Assembly (NCBI GenBank): GCA_017465055.1 | Contig: JAFTWZ010000039.1 | Location: 9,851 to 73,850 of the forward strand | Direction of reading: 5' to 3' | Source: Alistipes sp. | GTDB taxonomy: Bacteria > Bacteroidota > Bacteroidia > Bacteroidales > Rikenellaceae | Length of the DNA: 64,000 bases | Part shown: positions 36,738-46,602 of the stretch, piece by piece | Layout: each line of letters starts with the position of its first letter | Numbering within the stretch: the stretch's first letter is position 1 | Notes under the pieces: generated by a model | The model's database searches: none | Told to the model about the DNA's origin: nothing | What the model saw: only the letters and a program-made list of their open reading frames with translations | Translations under genes and position numbers: made by a program

Positions 36738-37832
36738 ATGATGTGGGGAGGCATAGCCCTATTGGCACTTTATACGGGAGGTAACGTCTATCTCTTTGTG
36801 CGTCTGTGGCAATCTATCGCGCCGCTACCCGTGTGGCTACGCGTGGTCATTGCTGTGCTCTTTTGGTTTGCCGCCGCGGCTATGTTTCTGAGCTTCGAGA
36901 TACGCAATAGCGGACTACCAGAGAGCTTCATACGCTCAATCTTCTGGGTGGGCACTACGTGGCTGGTATTTCTGCTCTATATGGTCTTAGCTACGGCCAC
37001 GATGGACCTCGTGCGGCTATTTATCCCCACGCTCCACAACGGATTTTGGTATGCGCTCTTAGCCACCACCATAGTACTCATCTACGGCAATATAAACTAC
37101 CGTCATCCGCGCGTTGAGCACGTCACTATCGATAGCGAGAAGTTGCCTGCGGGCGACAGCTACCGCATCGTATTGGCCAGCGACATACACCTCGGCTACG
37201 GGACTACACGTAGCGACCTGAGCCGCTATGTCGATATGATAAACCGCGAGCAAGGCGATGTAGTGCTTATCGCAGGCGACCTTATCGATAACTCCGTGCG
37301 CCCCGTCGCCACGGAGGATATGTGCCGCGAGTTTGAACGCATCGAGGCCACCGATGGCATCTACTTAGCCCCAGGCAACCACGAGTATATCAGCAATATA
37401 GACTCCATTGCGCAGTACCTACGCACAACGCCCGTACGTCTTGTTCGCGATAGCGTTGTGCGCCTCGGCAACAACATTACGCTTATCGCTCGCGACGACC
37501 GCAGCAACCGCCACCGCCGAAGCCTCAAGGAGCTAAGTAGCGAGGCTGGAGAGCAACCTCTAATAGTAGTTCTCGACCACCAGCCATACGACATAGCCGC
37601 CAGCGACAGCTTAGGCCTCGACCTCCATCTCTCGGGTCATACTCACCGAGGCCAGGTGTGGCCACTGAGCTGGCTCACCGACGCGCTCTACGACCAGAGC
37701 CACGGCTACCGCCAGTGGAGTCACACCCACGCTGTGGTATCAAGCGGTCTCTCGCTCTGGGGGCCTCCCTTCCGCATAGGTACACGCAGCGACCTATACG
37801 TCATAGATATACGCGGCAACAGCGCCGAATAA
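36738..37832 (+). CDS. Membrane-anchored metallophosphoesterase
   Basis: Four N-terminal TMs; SDIH, GDLID, GNHE, DHQP, SGHTH.GQ. Confidence 0.9.
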   Translation: MMWGGIALLALYTGGNVYLFVRLWQSIAPLPVWLRVVIAVLFWFAAAAMFLSFEIRNSGLPESFIRSIFWVGTTWLVFLLYMVLATATMDLVRLFIPTLHNGFWYALLATTIVLIYGNINYRHPRVEHVTIDSEKLPAGDSYRIVLASDIHLGYGTTRSDLSRYVDMINREQGDVVLIAGDLIDNSVRPVATEDMCREFERIEATDGIYLAPGNHEYISNIDSIAQYLRTTPVRLVRDSVVRLGNNITLIARDDRSNRHRRSLKELSSEAGEQPLIVVLDHQPYDIAASDSLGLDLHLSGHTHRGQVWPLSWLTDALYDQSHGYRQWSHTHAVVSSGLSLWGPPFRIGTRSDLYVIDIRGNSAE

Positions 37833-37953
37833 CCTCACTAATGCTCAGTCACATAGACGTGATATTTAGCCACGTTTATGACTTTTATACGCAAAAGATG
37901 TTGATATTTCAAAAAATATCACTATCTTTATCGCTGATTATTCGCGATTGTAT

Positions 37954-38799
37954 ATGAGCATAGGACGTGTCGGACATATGGGAGCAGTAGCCGTGGCTGC
38001 GGTGGCGGTTGTCACCCTCATCTTCGAGGCGTGGATAGGGCCGTTTCCCGTCGAGCTATTTCGCTTTCCGCTAAACGTTCTCACTATGGCGCTATGGCTC
38101 TTAGCGCTCGGCTACCTATACCGCAATCGCACTACATCTACGACAGCACAACTACTCCTAAGTCGCGAGGCTACATATCTGAGTCTCTTTATTTTAGCCA
38201 CCACAGGCATCGCCTTAGGCTTAGAGCTTAGGCCATCGACCGACGCCTGGCCCGTAGTCATCGGTCTGCTCTTCGTGCTGAGCCACACCGTACTGGTAGT
38301 CTTGCGCGGCTGGCGCAACAGCAACGGCATACGCTGGCGCTTTACCATCACACACCTCGGACTACTCTTGGCCTTAGGCGCAGGATTTTGGGGTGCTCCC
38401 GACCGCGAGCAGCTACGCGTGGCCGCCACGTCGGAGCCTACCAACGAGGCATTCACTATGTCGGGCGTATTGAAAACTCTACCCTACGACATCGCGCTTG
38501 CCGATTCGCGAATCGAACTCTCGGCAACGGGCTCGCCTATGCTCTACGAGGCGACGATAAGGGTCGAAGGGCAGAATCACACGCTGCGCGTAAACCACCC
38601 CTACGACCGCACCATTGTGGAGAAGATATACCTCATAAGTTTCGGCACGACAACCACAGGCGAGCGATACGCCATTATCGAGATTGTCCGCGAGCCCTGG
38701 CAGTGGATTACGGCCTCGGGCATCGTGATGCTTATCGCAGGTGCGGTGCTGCTCTTTGCGCGCGGCCCACGTCGAAAATACAACGATGATAATCAATAA
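37954..38799 (+). CDS. Cytochrome c biogenesis protein ResB/CcsB-like
   Basis: TMs with conserved H (THLG), LP..I.L, VNHP, EPW..I. Precedes ccsA. Confidence 0.75.
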   Translation: MSIGRVGHMGAVAVAAVAVVTLIFEAWIGPFPVELFRFPLNVLTMALWLLALGYLYRNRTTSTTAQLLLSREATYLSLFILATTGIALGLELRPSTDAWPVVIGLLFVLSHTVLVVLRGWRNSNGIRWRFTITHLGLLLALGAGFWGAPDREQLRVAATSEPTNEAFTMSGVLKTLPYDIALADSRIELSATGSPMLYEATIRVEGQNHTLRVNHPYDRTIVEKIYLISFGTTTTGERYAIIEIVREPWQWITASGIVMLIAGAVLLFARGPRRKYNDDNQ

Positions 38800-38823
38800 A
38801 TTAAGCAATAGAACGCAGAGCAT

Positions 38824-39615
38824 ATGATGGCAGGATGGAACATATTTCCTATGATGGCAGCCGTGGTGGTACTACTCTCGGCCTCGGGAGCTGTCGTGGC
38901 GTTGCGATGCAAGGAGCGTAGCGGCGTAGCGATACTACTCTCGGCTCTCGGCATAGCTACTATGGCGACCTTTATCGCGCTGCTATGGCTAAGCCTTGAG
39001 CGTCCACCTCTGCGCACTATGGGCGAGACGCGATTGTGGTACTCCTTCTTCCTGCTTATCGCAGGTCTTATAACCTATGCTCGCTGGCGCTACACGTGGA
39101 TTATGAGCTTCTCGACACTGCTGGCCACCGTATTCATCATCATCAACATCGCGCGGCCCGAGATTCACGACCAGACGCTTATGCCGGCGCTACAGAGCGT
39201 ATGGTTCGTGCCCCACGTCGCGATATATATGTTCTCCTACGCGCTACTCGGGTGTGCCACACTCTTAGCCGTCGTAGCCCTTGTGCGACCAGCGTTGCAG
39301 CTCGACCACGCCATCGAGCGACTTCTTTACGGCGGTCTGGCATTCCTCACTATCGGTATGCTCACAGGGGCACTATGGGCAAAGGATGCGTGGGGTGCAT
39401 ACTGGAGCTGGGATGCTAAGGAGGCGTGGGCCGTAGCCACGTGGAGCTTATACCTACTTGCGCTACACGCCTCACCAAGCATAATGGCATATCGTCGCAA
39501 GGTGCTCTACTACGGCGTTATAATCGCAGGTTTTCTGGCGCTACAGATGTGCTGGTATGGCGTTAACTACCTACCCTCGGCAGCCGAGAGCGCACATACG
39601 TACAATAGAGAGTAA
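38824..39615 (+). CDS. ccsA: Cytochrome c biogenesis protein (System II)
   Basis: RPPLRTMGET, PALQS.WF.PHV, GALWAK.AWG.YWSWD.KE.W (WWD motif), terminal H.Y. Confidence 0.93.
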   Translation: MMAGWNIFPMMAAVVVLLSASGAVVALRCKERSGVAILLSALGIATMATFIALLWLSLERPPLRTMGETRLWYSFFLLIAGLITYARWRYTWIMSFSTLLATVFIIINIARPEIHDQTLMPALQSVWFVPHVAIYMFSYALLGCATLLAVVALVRPALQLDHAIERLLYGGLAFLTIGMLTGALWAKDAWGAYWSWDAKEAWAVATWSLYLLALHASPSIMAYRRKVLYYGVIIAGFLALQMCWYGVNYLPSAAESAHTYNRE

Positions 39616-39656
39616 CAATATAGAATAGAGTAAATACTAACCAAAAAAAGAGAGCT

Positions 39657-41129
39657 ATGAAAAAAGTAAAGACTTGTAGGATTCTACTAACGGCACTATT
39701 GCTGCTCGTTGTTGTAGGCATCGTGGTCTATCGTTTGATGCTTAGCACACCCAGCGAGGAGCTTAGCCCCAAAGCTCGCGTAGCTGCTATCCTCGAGGAG
39801 GGAGGCTGCCTAAGTTGCCACACGGCAAATGCCGAGTTGCCCTTCTACGCCGATTTCCCACTTGCTGGCGACCTTATTAAGGCCGACATCGAGGAGGGAT
39901 ATCGCGCCTTCGACATCGCACCTCTTATGGAGGCGCTCAGTGGCGAGACACTACCTAACCCCGTAGACGTTGCTAAGGTTGAGCGCGTGGCGTTAGACAA
40001 GAGTATGCCCGAGGCTAAGTACTACCTTATGCACTGGGGTAGCCAGATGACCGACGCTAAGGCCGACATCATCGCCGCTTGGGCTCGCGACTACCGCACC
40101 GACTACTACAACGATGGACTCACGGGCGAGCGCGCTGGCGAGCCTATCCGCCCTATCGTACCAGCTACGGATATCGACGAGCATAAGGCACTCCTCGGCT
40201 TCAAACTATACCACGACACACGTCTCTCGGTCGACAACACCATCTCGTGTGCCTCGTGTCACGGTCTGGAGACTGGCGGTGTCGACAATCACCAGTACTC
40301 TGACGGCGTCGAGGGCCGTATGGGTGGCGTAAATGCCCCTACGGTCTACAATGCTGTCTACAACTTTGTGCAGTTCTGGGATGGCCGCGCAAGGACGCTT
40401 GCCGAGCAGGCTGCAGGACCTCCACTCAACCCTGTGGAGATGGCCTCTACGTCGTTTGACGAGATTATAGGCAAGCTCTCGGCCGACGAGCTCTACGTTG
40501 CAACCTTCGCATCGCTCTACCCCGAGGAGGGTATCACCGAGGCGAGCATCACCAACGCTATCGAGGAGTTCGAGCGCACGCTCACTACGCCTAACTCGCA
40601 GTTCGACAAGTGGCTTCGTGGCGACGACACAGCCCTCACGGCTCAGGAGCTTCGCGGCTACGAGCTCTTCAAGGCTAATAGCTGTGCTACGTGCCACGTG
40701 GGCGCAAACCTCGGTGGCGAGACCTACGAGCTTATGGGTCTCCGCCGTCACTACTTCGAGGAGCGCGGCTTAGAGCTTACCGAGGAGGATAACGGCCGCT
40801 TCAAGCAGACTCAGGATGAGCGCGACCGCCACCGCTTCAAGGTTCCTGGCTTGCGTAATATCGAGCTTACGTGGCCCTACTACCACGATGGCACGCGTCT
40901 GACTATGGACGAGGCTGTTCGCGATATGGCACTCTACCAGTGCGACACGGAGCTTAGCGATGCCGAGGTTACGGACATCGTAGCCTTCCTACGCACGCTC
41001 ACTGGCGAGTACCAGGGCAAGAAGCTCAGCAACGTCAACGAGTATGGCGTAGTCTTCCACCACGACGATGATGACCACCACCATCATCACCACGACCACG
41101 ATGGTGAGCACCACCACGACCACGAGTAA
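39657..41129 (+). CDS. ccp: Tri-heme cytochrome c peroxidase with His-rich tail
   Basis: CLSCH, CASCH, CATCH; NAPTVYN, QFWDGRA, NPVEM, FKVP.LRN, PY.HDG. Confidence 0.93.
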   Translation: MKKVKTCRILLTALLLLVVVGIVVYRLMLSTPSEELSPKARVAAILEEGGCLSCHTANAELPFYADFPLAGDLIKADIEEGYRAFDIAPLMEALSGETLPNPVDVAKVERVALDKSMPEAKYYLMHWGSQMTDAKADIIAAWARDYRTDYYNDGLTGERAGEPIRPIVPATDIDEHKALLGFKLYHDTRLSVDNTISCASCHGLETGGVDNHQYSDGVEGRMGGVNAPTVYNAVYNFVQFWDGRARTLAEQAAGPPLNPVEMASTSFDEIIGKLSADELYVATFASLYPEEGITEASITNAIEEFERTLTTPNSQFDKWLRGDDTALTAQELRGYELFKANSCATCHVGANLGGETYELMGLRRHYFEERGLELTEEDNGRFKQTQDERDRHRFKVPGLRNIELTWPYYHDGTRLTMDEAVRDMALYQCDTELSDAEVTDIVAFLRTLTGEYQGKKLSNVNEYGVVFHHDDDDHHHHHHDHDGEHHHDHE

Positions 41130-41148
41130 CCCTCGGATATACTAATAG

Positions 41149-41189
41149 AGAATCCGTTGCAGCGCGAAACTGCAACGGATTCTTTATTT
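41149..41189 (+). terminator. Intrinsic terminator
   Basis: 14-bp stem AGAATCCGTTGCAG/CTGCAACGGATTCT plus T-rich tail. Confidence 0.85.
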
Positions 41190-41204
41190 GCGAGTAAAGT
41201 CTGT

Positions 41205-41368
41205 GGGGGGGGGTGAGTTTCTATGGGTTAAGGTGGGTTTAAATGGGTTTAAATGGGTTTAAATGAGTTACTATAACTGTGAGGTTTACTCGCTAACCTT
41301 CATACATAGTAACCTATATTAACTCATAATAACTCATATTAACCCATAGTAACCTATATCAACCTATT
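41205..41368. repeat. Inverted arrays of degenerate 10-bp repeats
   Basis: About 6 x ATG(G/A)GTTWWN at 41213-41274, then about 6 reverse-complement units (AAC(C/T)CATA / AACCTATA) at 41306-41368. G9 run at 41205-41213. Confidence 0.75.
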
Positions 41369-41389
41369 GCAATCCGTTTACCCAGCCAC

Positions 41390-41923
41390 CTAACTCTTCG
41401 AGCCCAAGACACCCTTGAGGCTCTTGGCCCACGTGCCCTGTGCGCGCATAACCTGCTCGACGATATCGCGGACAGCACCGCGACCACCCTCATACTCCGA
41501 GACATAGCGAGAAGCCTCAACGACCTCCATAGCTGCATCCGAGGGGCAAACAGGGATGCCCACACAGCGCATACACTCCAAGTCGGGGATATCGTCGCCC
41601 ATATATATAACCTCCTCGGCATCGAGTCCGTTACTCTCGATAAACTCCTTCAAGGCGGCCACCTTATCCATACAATCGAGATACATAGCCGTAACGCCTA
41701 ACATCCGTAGACGGTGCTCGAGCATACGTCCCCTGCCGCCCGAGATTATACATATCTTGATGCCCTCGCGCAAGGCTGAGGCCATAGCGTAGCCATCCTT
41801 AGCGTAGTAGCGACGGATAAAGTCGCCATCGGGCGTAGGTATAATGCCGCCATCGGTCATAACGCCGTCGACATCCAAAACTATAGCCTTAACACGTGCT
41901 ATATCTTCTTTGAAGTTTCCCAT
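41390..41923 (-). CDS. kdsC: KDO 8-phosphate phosphatase (HAD)
   Basis: DVDGVMTDG, KDGY, ISGG, GDDIPDL, GGRGAVR. Confidence 0.92.
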   Translation of the reverse strand: MGNFKEDIARVKAIVLDVDGVMTDGGIIPTPDGDFIRRYYAKDGYAMASALREGIKICIISGGRGRMLEHRLRMLGVTAMYLDCMDKVAALKEFIESNGLDAEEVIYMGDDIPDLECMRCVGIPVCPSDAAMEVVEASRYVSEYEGGRGAVRDIVEQVMRAQGTWAKSLKGVLGSKS

Positions 41924-43596
41924 ATACTCTCTGTTATATATTTATATATTCTCTGTTTTAGTTCATCATCCGCAAGCATAGCCTCGTGTGCTGCGGTGAC
42001 AACACAATCACCACGCACGGCAGGGCCTGTCTGCACGCTCTCTGGATCGTCGACAGCTATGGCCTTGGCTGCCGTCTCGGCGATGAGAGGCTTCAAAATG
42101 TCGAACGAGAGACCCTCGCGCTCGACGATATCTGCTCCCAAGCCATACAAATGGTTGGGGAAGTTGTTGACAAAGACACCTGCGAGGTGTATCACTCTGC
42201 GGCGGCGCGAATCGGCATACTCCACGCGCGTAGATATCCTGCGAGCAAGCGACATAAGCCTCTCGCGCGTAGCCTCGCAATCGGCCTCCACGAAGATAGG
42301 CACCTCGTCGAGCGAGACGATACGCCCCGAGCTAAAGCTCTGCAGCGGATAGAAGATACCCCGTCCTCCGCGATGCGACTTCAGGGCATCGAGAGGTATG
42401 CTACCTGCCGTATGCACCACGATGGCCGTATCGGAGAGCTTAAGCGACTCGGCTACAGAGGTCACCGCGCGGTCACTCACAGCGATGATATATATATCGG
42501 CCTCGGCGATATGCTCAGGGTCGGCAACCCAGCTACAGCCACCCAACTTAGCAACGGCCATACCGCGCTCCCTATTGCGCGAGCAGAGCTGCAGAAGCCG
42601 AACGCCCGAGATGCGCCCCATAGACCTGGCAAAGGCCTCGGCAACATTTCCCGAGCCGATGATGACAACCCGAACGCTATCGCTATCTGCCTCGCTACCC
42701 CTGATGCGCCACCTATCGATGCGCTCGTAGCGGTGGCGGTGTTGCATTACGGCACATAGCTCGCAACCCACAAGGATGATATTCCACGATACCTGTAGCC
42801 ACACGATAAAGAGTGGCACGGCCGCCAAGCTACCATAGATGACGTTGTAAGAGGTCATCATCTGCTGGAAATAGACGTAGCCCCACATCCATAGCGACAG
42901 TCCCAAGCCCGAGAAGAGACCAGCATATAGGGCGTTGCTCCACCTGACGCGCGTATATGGCAAGTACTTATATACAAGCATCATAGCCATAGCGACGAGC
43001 ACCAGCGACAGCACATTGCCTGCCACGCCACTAAGTCCCTCACCCAGGCCTGCCATAGCGAGCAGGTCGTAGGCAAACGACATAGCCGCAAGGAGCATCG
43101 TAGGCACAAAGAGCGCAACGATAATATATGCCGTATAGCGATGCAGAAAGCCGCGCGACTCGGAGATATCCCACACCCTATTGAACGAGGCCTCGGCAGT
43201 GCGGAAGAGCGTAAATATCGCAAACATAAGTGTCGCGATACCTACAACGGCCAGAAAACCCGGGGCAACATTCGCAGCGGCACTGCGAGCCACCTCGAGG
43301 AGGTTATCCAAGACGATATACCACTCCTTAGGGGCTGCATCGTAGAGTAGCGTAACACCCTTCTCGATGATGCCCAGCTGGCCCAAGACTATAAGCACCA
43401 ACGCCAAGATGGGCACTAATGCAAAGAGCGTGTAGAGCGTCAGCGCAGCACTATCGACCATAGTGCGGTGTGCGTTGACACCTCGCAGAGTGTAGTATAG
43501 CAACCTATAACCGCGCCGCAGAGGACTTATCTCGGCAGCGTCGACACGCAGAAGTGTGTGGTGTATAAGATGCTCTATACGACGAAATATCTTCAT
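41899..43596 (-). CDS. Fusion: YihY/BrkB membrane domain + Rossmann/DUF2520 domain
   Basis: SAALT.YTLFALVP, FNRVW, YN.IYGS.AA.PLF..WLQ.SW, then IIGSGNVA, AVSD, HTAGS, YPLQSFS, NNF.NHL, QTGPA.RGD in one frame. Confidence 0.85.
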   Translation of the reverse strand: MKIFRRIEHLIHHTLLRVDAAEISPLRRGYRLLYYTLRGVNAHRTMVDSAALTLYTLFALVPILALVLIVLGQLGIIEKGVTLLYDAAPKEWYIVLDNLLEVARSAAANVAPGFLAVVGIATLMFAIFTLFRTAEASFNRVWDISESRGFLHRYTAYIIVALFVPTMLLAAMSFAYDLLAMAGLGEGLSGVAGNVLSLVLVAMAMMLVYKYLPYTRVRWSNALYAGLFSGLGLSLWMWGYVYFQQMMTSYNVIYGSLAAVPLFIVWLQVSWNIILVGCELCAVMQHRHRYERIDRWRIRGSEADSDSVRVVIIGSGNVAEAFARSMGRISGVRLLQLCSRNRERGMAVAKLGGCSWVADPEHIAEADIYIIAVSDRAVTSVAESLKLSDTAIVVHTAGSIPLDALKSHRGGRGIFYPLQSFSSGRIVSLDEVPIFVEADCEATRERLMSLARRISTRVEYADSRRRRVIHLAGVFVNNFPNHLYGLGADIVEREGLSFDILKPLIAETAAKAIAVDDPESVQTGPAVRGDCVVTAAHEAMLADDELKQRIYKYITESIWETSKKI

Positions 43597-43656
43597 AATA
43601 TATTTCACTTGCAAACAGTTATTGAGGTAAGCGTTTATTGCAAAAGGTGATTGTTG

Positions 43657-44814
43657 CTACACTTCGAGCGTTACAACCCAGTTTTCGCGCTCTATGGTCG
43701 TGATGGCTATGCACCTATCTGCTCCAGCGCGTGCACCTATGGCCCTGCGCACAGCATCTACCGAGAGTGGCGTGTCGCGCTTAAGGATGTCGACACCCTG
43801 CCCCTTAAGTTCGCGTTTAAGCTCCTTGGGGCGGTAGCGCTCGACCTTTGCAATGGGCAGCACCCTCGCAGGGATATCCTTCGGAGGAGCATCCGTAGCA
43901 AAGCCGTAGCCGTTGTTACTCCACAGCGAGGCATACTCGCCAAGAGCGGCGACCACAAGGCGCGACTTCTGAAGCGCCACGTCGGGGACGATGAGGTAGC
44001 GCCACCCCTCGGGCGTAAACCTCCGCACCTCGGGCTCTCGATTCATCGCCTCGGGATTAAAGAGCCACTCGCCCACGCCCACGATAGCAACGCGCACAGC
44101 GCCCTGCTCACTACCTGTATATACGTTCAACTCTTTACACTCGCCAGCCAGCGACACAACCTCGACCTCGGCATCGGGGAAGAGCCTCAGCGCCTCGTCG
44201 ACGTCGAAGAGTGGCGAGAGTTTCAAGGCCACGCGCTCAGCAATAGCCTCCAAGCGCGGCATCATAGCCATAACATTTGGCGAGCAATCCTCCATACGCA
44301 CCAACTTACGCCCCTCGGCCGAGCGGCGGTCGGGGTCGAGAAATACCCAGTCGAAGTGCTCCGTCGTAGTGGCAACATACTCCTCAGCCGAGGTAGATAC
44401 CACCTCAACGTTATCGATACCGAGGAGCGCGAGGTTGTAGCGCACAACCTCGGCCAGCACCTCGTCACGCTCAACAGCCACAACACGACGAAAACGTCGC
44501 GAGGCAGCGATAGCATCGACACCGAGGCCACAGCATAGGTCTACGAGGCTATCGCCACCGAGCTGTTTACGCTCGGCACTTTCGTAGCTCGACGACTGCT
44601 CGAAGGCACGCGGAGGGATGATGCAGCGCGCAGCATAGAGGTGCGGGAGCTTGTGGCGTGCACGCTGCAGGTACTTGACCTGCGTGGCGACAAGCTGAGC
44701 ACAAGGCACACGCCTATCTAAAGCCACGGCATTGGGGTCTCGCTCGATATTTGCGTCGATAGCTCGGCGTACATCCTCGCTCTGAAGCAACTCTACCTCC
44801 TCCTTAGTCATCAC
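43657..44814 (-). CDS. Class I SAM methyltransferase with THUMP-like domain
   Basis: EQSSS..A..K, DLC.GLGVD, DP.RR, DCSP, KLSP..D, ECKEL. Confidence 0.85.
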   Translation of the reverse strand: MMTKEEVELLQSEDVRRAIDANIERDPNAVALDRRVPCAQLVATQVKYLQRARHKLPHLYAARCIIPPRAFEQSSSYESAERKQLGGDSLVDLCCGLGVDAIAASRRFRRVVAVERDEVLAEVVRYNLALLGIDNVEVVSTSAEEYVATTTEHFDWVFLDPDRRSAEGRKLVRMEDCSPNVMAMMPRLEAIAERVALKLSPLFDVDEALRLFPDAEVEVVSLAGECKELNVYTGSEQGAVRVAIVGVGEWLFNPEAMNREPEVRRFTPEGWRYLIVPDVALQKSRLVVAALGEYASLWSNNGYGFATDAPPKDIPARVLPIAKVERYRPKELKRELKGQGVDILKRDTPLSVDAVRRAIGARAGADRCIAITTIERENWVVTLEV

Positions 44815-44838
44815 TCTTCGCTTTATGTCGATACGTCT

Positions 44839-45558
44839 CTATGCCAACGGGCGAATACGCACCTCGGTAACGCCCTCGAGCATCTTGGCCAACGCCTCGA
44901 CGTCGGTAGGCTCGTCTACCTGACCATAGTGATAGGGGTAGTATATCTTAGGTTGCAGGGCCTTGACTGCCGCCACTGCCTGCTCTGGAGTCATAGTATA
45001 TGGTTGATTGACACACACAAATGCGATGTCTATATCCTTGAGTGCCGCCTGCTCCGTTGTAGGCTCTGTATCGCCAGAGATGTATATGCGCACCGCATCG
45101 CCCAACGTAACCACATAGCCACAATCTTCGCGCTCCTTAGGGTGGAACTGAAGCTGATGCTCCGAGGTGTTATATGCCGCCACCGCCTCGACACGTATGT
45201 CGGCATAAGGCTCGGCAACAGCCCCAGGGAGCATAGTGTAGCAGTCGCCCGCGAAGCCCTCGGCAGAGCTCTTATCTAAGAGGATGTGTGTCTCGGGCTG
45301 CTGCAGGTGCTCGATAGCCGCCATATCGAAGTGGTCGTAGTGTGAGTGTGTCACCAAGATGACGTCGGCCTTAGGGAGCTTGTCGTACTCGGCATTACCC
45401 ATAACAGGGTCGACATATATCCTGCGGCCCTCGTACTCGATAGCTATCGAGGCGTGGGCGTAGAAGCTGAGTTTGAGGCTCTTGCCGTTGATATTTAGCT
45501 CGTCGGTGGGGTAGACAGGCGCGTCGCCGCCACCAAAAATTCTATTAAATAGTGACAT
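44839..45558 (-). CDS. MBL-fold metallo-hydrolase
   Basis: HAS, VDP, THSHYDH, AYN...FHP, SGDTE, PYTM, YPYHY. Confidence 0.9.
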   Translation of the reverse strand: MSLFNRIFGGGDAPVYPTDELNINGKSLKLSFYAHASIAIEYEGRRIYVDPVMGNAEYDKLPKADVILVTHSHYDHFDMAAIEHLQQPETHILLDKSSAEGFAGDCYTMLPGAVAEPYADIRVEAVAAYNTSEHQLQFHPKEREDCGYVVTLGDAVRIYISGDTEPTTEQAALKDIDIAFVCVNQPYTMTPEQAVAAVKALQPKIYYPYHYGQVDEPTDVEALAKMLEGVTEVRIRPLA

Positions 45559-45569
45559 CGTCTGAAAAA

Positions 45570-46553
45570 TTATATATTGTTTATAAACTCTGTTATCGTC
45601 GTTACAAGGCCCTCGGTGAGCGGAAGCTGCGAGTTGGTATATACGCTCACCAGCTGCTCCATACGCTCTGTACTCTCGGCATCCTTAAGCACGTGGCTCA
45701 TATTCTCGAAGTTACGGTGCTGACCATTACGCGCTACGGCAGCGAGCGCCGCGCCATCCTCGACCGATATCTGTATATCGCGACCTCCAGTAATTATAAG
45801 CGTAGGCTGCTCACAGCGCGCCATCGCCTCGCGAGGGTCGTACTGCATAGAGTTGTGCAAGAAGGGTTGGACAACGGGGTGAAAGAGCGATAGTAGCTCT
45901 CGAGGGATATCCTCCTCGGCAACGCTCTTACCCGCCTTGATATCGCGCAATATACGCTCCGACTGCACCATAAGGCCCATATACGAGGGCATCAGCTGTG
46001 CCGAGAGCTGTCGAAGCAGAACCTTATCCATCGGGAAGCCTGACGCACATAGCAGCACCAGGGCATCGACCTCGGCAAGACCGCGCGAGGCAACCTCCAA
46101 AGCTATAGCGCCACCCTCGCTGTGCCCAGCGATGATAACGCGCCTGTAGCCACTCTCACGCAACCAGCATACACACTGCGCGGCATCGTCGACATAGTCG
46201 TCGAAAATAAGGTTAGGCACATCGTCCGCAGCGATAGGGCTCCCTGCAATACCGCGCTTGTCGTAGCGCAGCACCGCCACACCCTCGTTAACCAGGGCAT
46301 CGGAGAGCATCTTATAGCTGTAGGTGACAACGTTTAGCGACGAGTTACCATTCCTATCTGTCGGTCCCGAGCCTGCGACGATGACTACGGCAGTATCGCT
46401 CGGCTCGGCAGGCTCTGCAAGCGTGGCCGAGAGCTTACCCCAGCTACACTCGATGATAACCTCACGCTCGGCGCAGTAGCCCGACACGGCAATCATAAGC
46501 ATCGCACAGAAAAGCGGCGCACCGCGTAGTATAACTGCTCTAAAATTCCACAT
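45570..46553 (-). CDS. Secreted alpha/beta hydrolase
   Basis: AGSGPTDRNGN, LRYDKRG, GHSEGG, D.Q, M.HVLK. Confidence 0.88.
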   Translation of the reverse strand: MWNFRAVILRGAPLFCAMLMIAVSGYCAEREVIIECSWGKLSATLAEPAEPSDTAVVIVAGSGPTDRNGNSSLNVVTYSYKMLSDALVNEGVAVLRYDKRGIAGSPIAADDVPNLIFDDYVDDAAQCVCWLRESGYRRVIIAGHSEGGAIALEVASRGLAEVDALVLLCASGFPMDKVLLRQLSAQLMPSYMGLMVQSERILRDIKAGKSVAEEDIPRELLSLFHPVVQPFLHNSMQYDPREAMARCEQPTLIITGGRDIQISVEDGAALAAVARNGQHRNFENMSHVLKDAESTERMEQLVSVYTNSQLPLTEGLVTTITEFINNI

Positions 46554-46602
46554 AATAGACTTACCCTTTATATATTATTAAAGCCATAGTTAAAAGCTAT
46601 AG

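Noticed and set aside
41205-41368. Possible CRISPR array
   Set aside because: 10-bp degenerate tandem units with no spacers, and no cas genes.
43651-44538. Long antisense ORFs (also 49460-50293, 41986-42759, 13657-14256, 60155-60838)
   Set aside because: Shadow frames opposite well-supported genes, explained by codon bias. No recognisable motifs.
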